64,000 nt of DNA, from contig NC_087438.1 of NCBI RefSeq assembly GCF_036321535.1, positions 7,690,001 through 7,754,000 of the forward strand, in the 5' to 3' direction. Origin of the DNA: Camelus dromedarius (Eukaryota). Under the pieces are notes generated by a model that was not told the origin of the DNA, did not search any database, and saw only the letters and a program-made list of their open reading frames with translations. The translations under genes and the position numbers were made by a program. Positions 40,845-52,689 of this stretch are shown here, piece by piece; position 1 is the stretch's first letter; each line of letters starts with the position of its first letter.

Positions 40845-41030
40845 CGGGGCCCCTCACGTGTGAATGTGCACACGAATCACCCAGACATCTTGATAAAATG
40901 CCTCTCTGATGGAGAAGACCCTGAAAGGGTTAGGGTTAGGGTTAGGGGTCAGTGAAGCATCTCTTCTGCGTTTCTAACAAGCCCCCAAGTGATTTTGTCG
41001 CTGCTGGTTCCGCCACTAGCCTGGGCAGCG
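40845..41030. mobile_element. MER5-type element containing a telomeric repeat tract
   Basis: GAATCACCCAGACATCTTGATAAAATGC ... TCTGCGTTTCTAACAAGCCCCCAAGTGAT...GCTGCTGGT. Confidence 0.65.
40926..40947 (+). repeat. Short interstitial telomeric sequence AGGG(TTAGGG)3
   Basis: Exact AGGGTTAGGGTTAGGGTTAGGG. Confidence 0.95.
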
Positions 41031-41464
41031 AGGCACAGTGCGATGCCTTCTGTTCTGTAGTTCACGCTGAGCTCGGTGTGTCTGTTTTATTGGTAATTGC
41101 CGTGGATAATGCATGCTCTCTTCCGAATGAGGACTAGCTGGGTTACAGGAGCTACTTGATCCATGTCTAGTTATTACACAACCTGTCTAGTAACCAGCAT
41201 CTTACATTTGTAAATCTGGGGCTTTCTTTCAGGTTTTGCATCCCAGTAGAAAACTTGCTCTCTACCAACAGATACAGCACATGGTTGTGGTGAAATCAAA
41301 GACTGTTGTCAAATTTGAGGCTGTTCTGATGACTGCCACTGACCACGCGTACGCTGTGTCACATGTGAGCCAAGAGCAGCAGGCAATGCTATTTTTTCAG
41401 GTTTTCACATGTTAAATAGAAGCCAGCGTGTTTTGTACAGCCCCGAGATATTTCACATGAGTCA

Positions 41465-41623
<159 letters not shown>

Positions 41624-42639
41624 TCAAGGGAGGAAGGATGGTTCTCGGAGCCTCGTGGACCATGCCACGTGGAAGCAATGCCCTGGCCCCGAACACGTCA
41701 TTGTACATACAGAGATTAAGAAAGGAGAACAGTTATTCTATAAAATTCCCCGAATGTGTCTGCCTCTTGCAGTAATGTTCAGCCCATAGACAGGGTCAGG
41801 GCAGGTGCAGCGGACAGATGGTCATCCTGCCGGCTCCACTACCTTCTTTGCTGGTGAAAACTGAGGGATAATAAAAGCTTGTCCCCTGCATTGAAGCATG
41901 CAGGCATCCGGACTAGCCGCTTAGTTTTTAGCTGGAGAAGGACAAGGATGAAATTTCTAATTTGGGCACACAGAAGTGCTTGATTATCTCTGAGACAGTT
42001 CATTTCTCAAAGGCCTGAAGGATGGGCAGGAAGCAGCGCCTGCCTTTGCCCTGCGTGTCTGGGCGGCTGCAACTTTGGAATCCTGTTCAGCACAGAGACG
42101 GAAGCCCCCCACTCTGTCCCGTGACCATCCCGGGGTCTGGAGGAAAGGAAGGAAGGTCTCCTCTAGTTGCCAGCAGCTTCCAAAGTCCTGGGAAAGGTGC
42201 CCGCCTGCCAGCGTTCTCGCCTGTAGCCCTCGAGCCTCCTGCAGTAGGCCCAGAGGGAGGGCCAGGGCAAGACTCCCGCATAGCTGCTTAAAGGTCATGG
42301 TTTAAGAAAGCCCTGGAAAATACTGTCGAGTGTCATCGGGTCTAAAACACTCTAAATATCAAGAAAAGCTTCTTGTTTGCTTCCAGTATCTATGGGATCA
42401 TGAAATAGGAGAACACACCATCTATTCTCACACAGATACAGGCCACTCTAGACACCAAGTCAGTATAATCTCTCATTCCACCCATGATTGTTATTAAAAG
42501 CACATCATAGCTGGGCAATAAAACTCCTTTTGGGAAATCTTGCTTAGAACAGAGAACTGAGAGCCCATTTTCCACTTAAAAGACCCCTCTTGCAGACTCT
42601 GGCTGTAAGCACATCATTTCTGTCTCCGCATTACTGTGG

Positions 42640-43350
42640 AAACTCCCATCCCTTGCCTGGGCCACCACTGTACAGTCCTCCTCAACAGCCTGGCTTCCAC
42701 GCTGCCCAACCCCGACCCTCCGTCGATCTCATTCCCAACAGCTGAGTGATCATCTCTTTAGACAGACTGGATTATGCCCCTCCAGTGCCCTGCCCACCGT
42801 GATTATGGTAAAAGTCAAGCTCCCGTTACGGTCCCTGAGGCTCTGTGGGATCGGGCCTCTGCCTAACTTCCTGCGGCATCTCGGGTTCTTCTTCCCTCGT
42901 GCAGGGAGCTCTGGCTGTGCTGGCCCTCCTTCCTGGCTTGAGCGTCCAAGTTCGCTTCACCGCAGGGACAGTGGACTTGGCTGATTCTTCTGCCTGGAAC
43001 TTGCTTCCTCGGACTCTGGACTGCCTCTCCTTGCTGGTATTCGAGTTTCAGCTCAAATGTCTCCCCTTTGACCATGTTAGTTAGGGTAACCCCGCCCACC
43101 TGGCGCCCTTTACCTCGTTGCCCTGTTTATTTCCTCCATCACATTCAATGCCTGGTGCTGTTACCTTCAGCGAGTTTGTTCTATTGTTTACCATGTGTGT
43201 TACCCCACTTCACCTACGAGACAAGCAGCTCCATGAGGATGGAGACTGGCGTGTCCTGCCGCCTCTGCAGGCTTCCCCAGCATCTGGGACAGTGCCCGGG
43301 GGGTGCTCAGAGTGAGTGCTTTACTTGCTGAGTGAATGAATGAATGAGTC
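42640..43350 (+). mobile_element. L2 LINE 3' portion
   Basis: TCTGCCTGGAAC, TCAGCTCAAATGTC and AAGCAGCTCCATGAGG, with the L2 tail TGAGTGAATGAATGAATGA. Confidence 0.8.
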
Positions 43351-44634
43351 AGCCTTAGAAAAATCTGCCTTCAGAACTAGAATTCTAATGCTGATGGAAG
43401 ATGTCACTTCAAGGACAAGGTGAAGTGTTTTCCACGTTACTCAGAATAACATGCATTTTTTTTTGATAGAATGTGATCATAGCCTTGGCCTCCCTCCCCG
43501 TCGTGCTTGTGGCTTCTGAGGTAAAAATGTTTCTGCTGGAAGTTCTCTCCTCCTGCTCTTTGGTGCACTTCGCCTATTTAAAGGAGACTGTGGAGCTGAG
43601 CTTGAACCTGTGGCCTTTGCAGACACAGGAAGCTGATGTCTTCACGGATGCTCTGCCCCCTGTACGTCTGCCCTAAGAGTAGACTCATAGAGAAATGCCT
43701 TTCTGTTTTCGTATAGGCCCCAATTTCCGACTGAATCAACATACTGAAGATTAAAATGGCTTTAAAAGGCCTAAGAGAGACACTGACAAAAACAGAATAG
43801 ACCACTGGGTGGAAAGGCATTTGGGAAGCTCGGCTGGGAGGGCAAAATCCCCGGGTGAATTTTCAAGTCAGGCTGCGGAGCTCCCGGGCTCACACGCCCT
43901 CCTGTCACACGTGCTTCTGAACACATCGTGTTCCTGGGGAATCACGACCTCCAGAAGCACTGTAACAGCTCTGCATGCCTGAATGAACAGCTGATGCGGG
44001 CTTTCTGAGGACTCCTCGGCTGCAGAGAAACGCTAAGGAGAGAAGACATTTTAAGAGACTCCATCTAAGCTAGAAAGTGAATACAGAAAAGACTGGTGGG
44101 GGCGGGGGGGGGGGAAGCCTGGAATAAAAATCTCAAAAGATCTGCATTTCTAAGAGCTCAAGAAGGAGATTATGACCCAAGCAAGGACCTGCTTTTTACT
44201 TCAAAGCTTCTGCAAGTTGCATTCTGAGGGCGAAAGTTTCTCATGGTTTTCCCACAGCAGAGGGAGTGCTTCCTTTGGGGGAAACGGTAGGCCATCCTCT
44301 GATGCCTGAGAAGCAAGGAAGATGGCAATTTTTCAGCTATTTTTCAATGTGCTGAGCTTTAAGTGTCCCCTGTTATTGGTGAGTGAGGAAAAGTACTGCT
44401 TTTGATGCGGAAGTCAGAAGAAATTTGAGCTGAGAGTAAACGCTTGAATCATGGGCGTTTGCTGAAGTGCTGCAGAGTAGGGGCTGCAATCCATCATTTT
44501 CATTCCCATGTGGAATGTCGGCTTCCACTCGGCTTGGCTGCGGACTTACTCATACTGCCGCAGAAGGGGGCAAACACACCCACCGGTCTCACCGCCAACA
44601 CCCTTATCTCTGCCACCCGCACTCCCAATACCCC

Positions 44635-44957
44635 TCCCATCAACACCTCCTCCATCACCACCACCATCACCTCCTCCATCACCTCCACCATCACCTCCTC
44701 CATCACCACCACCATCACCTCCATCACCACCAACCATCTCCTCCATCACCACCACTATCACAATCACCACCACCATCACCTCCACCACCATCACCTCCAT
44801 CAGCACCACCTCCATCCTCCATCACCACCACTATCACAATCACCACCACCATCACCTCCACCACCATCACCTCCATCAGCACCACCATCAATCCACCACC
44901 ATCATCTCCTCCATCACCAGCACCAGCCCCATCACCAGCACCACCAGCACCATCACT
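44635..44957 (+). repeat. Degenerate (CAC/CAT/CTC)n trinucleotide repeat with an internal 76-bp-period duplication
   Basis: CACCACCAT-type runs. The marker CTATCACAAT recurs at 44755 and 44831. Confidence 0.93.
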
Positions 44958-47018
44958 GTGAGAATAACAACTAACTTTTACACGGAACTCGTCAGCTTAC
45001 AGGGAATCTTCCTGTATAAAAATATTATTCAGTAACAATCTCAGTGTTCTTCTAAGCTTGCCATGTGACTGATAGTGGAGTTTTGAATTGCATGTTGAAG
45101 TAAGTTAGAGAAAAGCATTTAAACCTCTAAGTAAGTTTGAAAAAATTACACAGATCTCAATATGGGGGCTGTCAAGGTCCCTTCCATTTACTAGGAAGAT
45201 TAAACATCTGGAAACATGCTAGATTTTACTTTTTATTTTGTGATGCGTGTAGGGCCTGATCATGTAGCATCGGAACTATTTCAGCATAAACACACCCACA
45301 CTGAAAAGCCTCCTGAATAATTCTACTTGGTAAGAGAGTTACAGAGAAAAGATAAACTTAAATAATAACAATACAGTCTATTTCACAATTACTCTTGTAA
45401 TTATATTTTCAATTTCTCTTCCCAGCCTGCCGGTGATGTGGCCACCTAGGGCGTTAATAATCGAGAAATGAACGGGTCAGGTGAATTTGGTGTCACCATG
45501 GCTCCGGAATAATCAGTACAAATTGGATTCTAAACGGCTCAACACTAGGGACTCGTCATTCAGATTCATAACCTTCTTTGTTCGTGTTCGTCTACAACGG
45601 GGGCAACATTTACGGGGGAACTAGAACCCGAGCATGAGAGCCCTTAGGTGTGTCCCACACGATGAGCTCAGCTTTCCCACAGGCATGGGGTGAGGCGTTG
45701 CCTGGTGGAAGGAGTGTGCACTGAGCTGGGGGTGGGGACCACAAGCACCTGTTTGCAATGTTTCTCTTTATGCAGCCAGGTAGAGGCACCACGGAAAACA
45801 CTGCCTCCGAGGTCAACACAGTTACCATTAGAGAAATGTATCCTAGACATCCTGGGACTGGAAGGCGTCTTAATGTATCACCCAGTTTGTCCGTTTTGCT
45901 TCCCTGCAGGTCTACGTCTAAACAATATCAGAGAAATGCACTTTCTGCCTTTAAGATTCTCCTGTAAGAGGGTCTCGGTGTCGTTAAGGTTTGTACCCCT
46001 TATGTACCCCAGTTTTATGAATGCCCTAATCTGGTCCTGTTCTGTTAAAGTCCTCATGGCCTATTTTTCAGGCAGGGCCCATCTCCACATCCCTGTGGCA
46101 AAGGAGGGTGTGGCGTCCCCCATCAGAGGTCCTGACAGTTCTGGCGGCTGCTTTCAAGGTGTAATTCCCCCTACATCAACACCGCCAGGCCCTGCTTCTC
46201 GGAGGAGGGGCAAGCCAGGATGGGAGGGAGGAGTGTGGGGAGCCTGGAGGGGATGATGAGTGTGGACATCGAGCCCCACTCCAAGGAGAGCTGCGGAGAG
46301 TGTGAGGAGAGCCGAGGGCAAGGCTGGCTATCAGGCATGCTGGGCTGGGCACGCTCAGTGGCAAGGGTACCAGTTTTGGCCTCCATAGAATCCCAGCTGA
46401 TAAGAAAGGAGAGGCAATGGGCGTGTGTGAGGAGGGGAGGATGAAGGGCATGAAAGGTCAATGGCTCCTCGGGGAAACTGAGGTCTGCGTTTCTAATGAA
46501 TCTTCCAGGGAGTTAGTCTGTCAAGGCAAAAGGTTGGTTTCATGTCAAGAGGAGAAAACATCTCAATAGCAGGTCTACGAATTTCCTGAAACCCTCTTGC
46601 CTGGCTCCTCTCCCCTCTTTTTCTCATCCTCTTTCTCTTCCCCCTTCCTAATGGGCAAAGCATGGTTCCACAGCACCTGCTGCCCTGGGTTACGCCAATG
46701 AAGACGAAATCTCTGGTGACCTCTTCCTCTAACTTGAGAGACTGTCATGAGCCGGGCAAAGGAGAAGGAAAGGGGCAGGGAAAGAAAGACTGGGGAGAAA
46801 GTGCACGTAGAGAACATTTCCTCTTGGCAATTTCAGGAATCAGACGCTCCACTGTGACACCGCTGGCTTCATCCCCTCATCTCCAGTCCCTGGGCATCTT
46901 GGCCGTCAGCCCTAAGAGCTGCCAAGCACGGCTGAAGCCCCAGGTGCCAGCCCTCCGCCCTGTCCCAGGTCAGGTCACCAGCTCGGAGGAGGACCGACCC
47001 GCACACGGCTGAGCTCAC

Positions 47019-47150
47019 CTGTCATGGTGTCTTTCCTGGAAGTGTGTTCTCCTTTAGGTCCGTGGTAAGTGGCGTTGCTGCCAGTGGACTCATAGTCCGT
47101 TTTCCTTTCTTTGAGGCTGATCATTTCCCGAGGTGAAGCTGGGGCACTTG
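47019..47150 (-). CDS. CTNND2: Catenin delta-2 internal coding exon (132 nt)
   Basis: tag|CA AGT GCC CCA...ACC ATG ACA G|gtgag encodes (A)[43 protein letters not shown]. Phase 1 to phase 1, in frame with both neighbours. Confidence 0.96.
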
Positions 47151-50018
47151 CTACATAAAGAAATCGAAAGGGTGACTCTCAGCATCTCATGCCATGGCAC
47201 GCGGAGCTTTTCAAACAAACAGGTAAAGTCAGAAGGGCACCTGGCTCAGCAAATATCACCATGCGTACACGCACCTACCAGGTTTCACCTTTGTTCCTTT
47301 GCCCCTGGTCTTTCCCATCCTGCCCTTCCTCCATGTCACCTGGAGCTTTATAGTTAAGGGGACACACACTTGGAGGCAGGGAATAAGTACGGGCTGTATC
47401 CTGGGACCATCTGCCTTAGACAGACATCCTTGCGGGCATGTGACCCACTCAAGGTGTACGGGACAGTTTTAAGAATGAGATTCATCTTGGTTTCTGTGTT
47501 TCTCTTTCTCTCTTTTCTTTCCTTTCCCCTCCCTCCCTTTTTTTTCCTTCTTTCCTTCTTTAAACTTTAGATATGTTTCAGAGGTGCTATTACGGATATC
47601 GAAGAACCTCTGATTAAAAGAGATGCAGCTTTACTTAAATATTGATTCTCGCTGAAACTGCCCTAAAGGAAGGCAGAGGAAGCAAGTCTCCCCCAGAGAA
47701 GGATTTGTGGGGCCAAAATCACCCTGTCTGCCAAGGTCTCCCTTAGCCTACAGGGGCTGGGCCGGGGGCATGCCCTTCTCCTGAGGCATATCCTCGCCCC
47801 AACTCAAATGCCCCAGCCATCTCTCACACACGCCTCGCACCCTGGCCACTCGCTGCCTGTCGGACCTGGGGAATGAGCCCATTCAACCCTCTGTGTTTTC
47901 ATTTCTAAAATGATGGGTCGTAATTAGAGGATTCCCCTGGGAGTTCCATGATTCTTTAATAAACTGGCCCCAGAACAGAGAAAAATCTGAACTTGGAGGT
48001 AAGGAAGCAAACGAAAAGAGGTCTGCTTTTCTTAAAAGAGTGGGTGGGTCGGGAGCAAGTCAACAGCCCTGCCAACGCAGGTGTCGGGGGAAGCGAGGGG
48101 AAGCGTGTGCGCGCAGTGGGGCGGCGAGCCGTGCGGCCCTCCCGCTGCTGTCCTTACACTCCCCGCCGGGCTCCTCAGGGATGCCTCCACATCCCGAGCT
48201 TGGCCAACTGCACCTCTCTCAGTCTGAGCTTGGGCGTGGTTCCCTTCTGCCCCAAGCCCTCCCCAGCTTCCGTGCTTCATGAACTCATGTAACCTTTAGA
48301 CTCACCTGAGAACCTGGGGATTTCAAAATCCCATCCCAGACCGTCTGAATCTGAATTTTCAGTGGATGGGCCTCGTAGTCCAAGCATCCTTGGTGATTAT
48401 TAAGGCTGGGCAATCTCTGGGGAACTCTAATTTTTAGGATAAAGCTCTCTTCCCTTTGTTAGTACCCAAGCCCCTCCGATCACGCCTCGGTTTACCTTTC
48501 AGCTCATCGCTCACCCCCTGGGCGGGGTCCCCGGCTCCAGCCCCTCGGCCTGCTCACTCCCTGCCTGAGCCACTGGATCCATGTCATCAAACTTAGCATC
48601 TTCTACGTGCAGAGCCCCGTGCCAGGCAGCGGGGACGGAAACACGGGTCACAGCACACTTGCTGAACTTGAGAAGCTCTTAATCGGGTGAGGAAATGAAG
48701 CCAGAATAAAAGGCGGGCGGCTCAGCGGATGTCACAGCCAAGTGCTGGGACGGTAACAGAGGGGCCTTTGCCCATCCTTTCCTGAAAGGACCCCTGCCCA
48801 CCTCTCAGACCTGTCCAGTGAAATGGAGGCCCACTGCTCAGCTCTTGAAACCCTCGGAGGCTTCCAATCCTGGCTGCCCTTCAGAATTAATCACCTGGAA
48901 TACTTAAAAAATATACTGACGTTGAACCACGCCCCCTTCCTGTTCTAACCAGTTGGACCAGAAACTCTGGGTGTAAATCCAACGGGAAGACAGGGAAGAA
49001 GCCTGCAGTTGCTCCACGGGACTCAGCGGGCCTGGCTTCGGTTCCGTGTGTCTCAGAACATGGGCTGCGCCTCGCTCCCTCCACCCTCTGCCCTGTCTCC
49101 TCTCTTGTCTCTCCATCCTCCTCTCCAGGGAAGGTCCCCTCCTGCCCCCGCTCCTCTGCTCCTAGGTCTTCTGTGTAGGGCTGGCCCTTTAGGAGTCGCT
49201 GCCAGGCAGTCAACGAAGGTACAACATTTTGGAGCCTGTTGACCAAAGCTGTTAAAGTTGGAACCTGATCTGGCACAGATGGTGGGGCTCACTAAGCTGT
49301 GTCGCGTGTGGAATTATCTCCTGAGACCTCACGCGCGGGGGTCCGAGTCTCCGGTAAACCAGGATGCTACTCCTGGAAAAATCAAGCCACGCAAGAGCCT
49401 CAGGTGTCTCTGATGCGCCTCGCCCAGGAACCAGCAGGCAGCGCCCCAGCCGCGTGGCGGGGGTGCTGACAGCCTGAAACGGGGCTGCTTCTCCTTCTGG
49501 GTGTCCTCCAGCTTTCCATCATTCCGTCTTCCTAACACTGACTGGTTCTTCATAACTGGAGCTTTGAAAAAGACACCATCCTTGTGTTTCCCAGACTCAC
49601 TGCTCTTTATCTTTTGAAGAATTACGGAGATAAGGTGTGTAAAGGCCCCTCCACGCCGCTGAGGCAGGTGGAGGTTTCTCCAAGTACTTGGGGGGGGGTC
49701 CTAGTTCTCGTTCAGTGTGGGGCCAAATGTTTCAAGCAATGATAACACCACACTACAGATAAAAGCTTTCATGGGGCCGGGAGAGTGCCACTTATTTCAG
49801 TCAAATATCATCATTCACATTTCATTCCCCCATCGTTCCGACAGTAAAGCATGGTGTCAAGGTTTATGACAAACGTCCTCCAAGGCAGACAGGCCAGACT
49901 GCGGGGCGTCTTCTGTACCATGTCCTCTAAGATGCAGTTCCAGAAAATACTGTTTCCTCTGCAGGAGGAGGACAGCGGGGAGCAAGGAGAAACCTTCCTG
50001 AAATCAAAGCCTCTGTCA

Positions 50019-50027
50019 GTGTGTGTG

Positions 50028-50056
<29 letters not shown>
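50019..50056 (+). repeat. (GT)n microsatellite, one interruption
   Basis: Directly visible. Confidence 0.95.
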
Positions 50057-50061
<5 letters not shown>

Positions 50062-50319
50062 ATACATATATTTATCCATCCTTCCTTCTCATAGTAAAAA
50101 CCAAAATGCAGACATCAAGAGAAGAGTTTTAAAAACTTACACATTAAATAAAATAACAATAAAATCCATGCCACTTGTGTGCTCAATGACATGCTCATAT
50201 TTTGCCTTTCATTATTTGTTTAATCTTTGCTATTACATAATGTGACTGGAAAAGGGCGTAAAAATAAGGTATCTTTACAAGTAGATAACAAAAGTTAGTT
50301 CAAAATTTAAGCAATGATT

Positions 50320-50440
50320 GGGGAGGGTGTAGCTCAAGTGTAGAGTGTGCATGTAGCATGCACAAGGTCCTGGGTTCAACCCCCAGTCCCTCCATTTAAA
50401 AATAAATAAATAAACAGACCTAATTACCACCCCCCCAAAA
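50320..50440 (+). mobile_element. vic-1-like tRNA-derived SINE, full length
   Basis: GGGGAGGGTGTAGCTCAAGTGTAGAG...GGTTCAACCCC...ACCTAATTACC, flanked by the TSD core TTTAAGCAATGA on both sides. Confidence 0.9.
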
Positions 50441-50457
50441 AAATTTTAAGCAATGAG

Positions 50458-50663
50458 ACAAGGGAAGAGGGGCAACATAAGGGCAGGGGGTTAGGAGGTA
50501 TAAACTATTATGTATAAAATAAGCCACAAGAATATATTGCACAACATGGAATATAGTTAATATTCTCTAACAACTATTAACGGAGTATGATCTTTAAAAA
50601 CTGTGAATCACTATATTGTGCACTTGTAACATACAATATTTTACATCAACTATACTTCAATTC
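50458..50663 (+). mobile_element. 5'-truncated L1 3' UTR
   Basis: Homologous to 15340-15520 (GAGGTATAAACTA...CTTTAAAAACTGTGAATCACT) and ends CAACTATACTTCAA. Confidence 0.88.
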
Positions 50664-51065
50664 AAATTTTTTTAAAGAATGAGAAAAAATTTTAAAAAAA
50701 CGAATTAAATGATTTAAAAGTTACAGCTGGTTGTAATATGAATGCATGAATGATTTCTCTGCTGGTGTACAGGTAATAATAAAATGCGAATCAGGTGTGG
50801 AACAGAAATGGAAGTCTCAGTGACAGGCTTCAAATGTGCATCATTTACAGGGAGGAAAGGGCACGCCTTCTCTCCCCTGCTGTGTTACCCCAGTTATAAA
50901 CAATACAACACAGCCCAGACTATCTTAAGTTGGAAAAAACGTCCATGGAAAGCCTGACTTGCAGTCACTTGGTGGTTTTATGTACTCTTGTGTCTCCCTG
51001 AACGCAGGTCCAGGATGTGCATTTGACAAGTAAGACACCTGCTAGACACGTTTACAAATCTGTTA

Positions 51066-51380
<315 letters not shown>

Positions 51381-52689
51381 TTAGTGGGGAAGGCAGAGCG
51401 ATTCCTCGCCTCCTGACATCGAAGTTCCGAGCATTTGAATTTGCAAAACATTTCTCCAGTCTGTCAAGAGAGATCTCGGATCTCTGTTCCGTCATCCAGG
51501 TTAACAGCGAGGAGCGCGAATGGAGACCCAGCTCCTGCTCCCTCCAGACAGCCTGACATGGGGTAGACCTGCCTGCCTCCCCGGGTGAGGAATAAATGGT
51601 CTCTCTGAAAATCTGCTTTGGCCTGAAGACTTCATTTAAATGAAAATCTGATACTCAGAATGACCCTGAAATTGTCTATTTTTGCCTGCCCGGCTCCAGC
51701 CGTCCGGCCCTCTTTTCAACCACCTAGAAGCCTTCCAAAGGGCTTACTCACTCTTTTGTTCCTGGGACTGATCTGTGAGTGATCAGAACACCGAGAAGCA
51801 TCCTCCCTTCCACTTTGTTGCCCTTATGCTGTCCTAAGCCTCCTCCTCTGCCTCTAATGCCCCATCCCCGCTGGTCCAAGGCCTTCAGCATGACTGTCCC
51901 TGAGGATACGCACCTGGGTTGCCATGTCCCTTAATTTCCCCTGGAATTATATTTTCCATTTAGAGCATATTCAGAATACATCCTGTTAACTAATCCTCCA
52001 TTCACTTCCCATATCTGCTTAATATATGAAAAGCATATATGCTATTTTTCATTGTGAAAATCACCAAAATACATTATGGATCATTTTGTGAATTTAGAAA
52101 GCATAAAAAAGAAAATAAAAATAGCCAATGAATCCACCCTTCTCCTTGGCTTAGAGAACTCAGGTTAAGACATCGCAGAATTTCCTTCCAGTCGTTTTTC
52201 TTTTTTAACTCAAGTTTATTTTTTATCAAAGCAAAGTGCGAAATAGTACTGACATTATAACAAGGGAAAGCAGACACCGCCCCAGCCCTAATTCCTGCCT
52301 CACAGGGGCAGCCATTTCCAACTCCACAGGCTTTTTCTTTTTCTGATAATACCTAGGCTTCTAAGGGACCCAAGGCTCTACAAAGAATCACTGCAAATAT
52401 AAATAGATGAAAGTTAATGAACAAAATTTATACTCATTTCAATATTTGTGTCTTTCTTTGTCTAATTCTCATTGTTCCTATTCTAGTTGACTGGTAGGAT
52501 AAAGCCAAGATTAGCAGAAGGCGATTTTAAAAGCTAGTGCTTACTGTATACTTACTATGTGGCAAGATTTGCTTCACAATCCCATGGGCTGGATACTATT
52601 ATGAGCCCCATTTTTACAGAGGAAGCATCTGAGCTTTAGAGAGTAAATGGATCACTCAAAGTCCAACAGTAAACAAGCAAAGAATCATG

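Noticed and set aside
44444..45035. His-, Pro- and Thr-rich ORFs (extensin- or mucin-like)
   Set aside because: All three plus frames are open because of the (CAC)n repeat, and the region is intronic and antisense to CTNND2.
45690..46256. 188-aa plus-strand ORF
   Set aside because: Non-ATG start, no recognisable domain, intronic and antisense. Consistent with chance.
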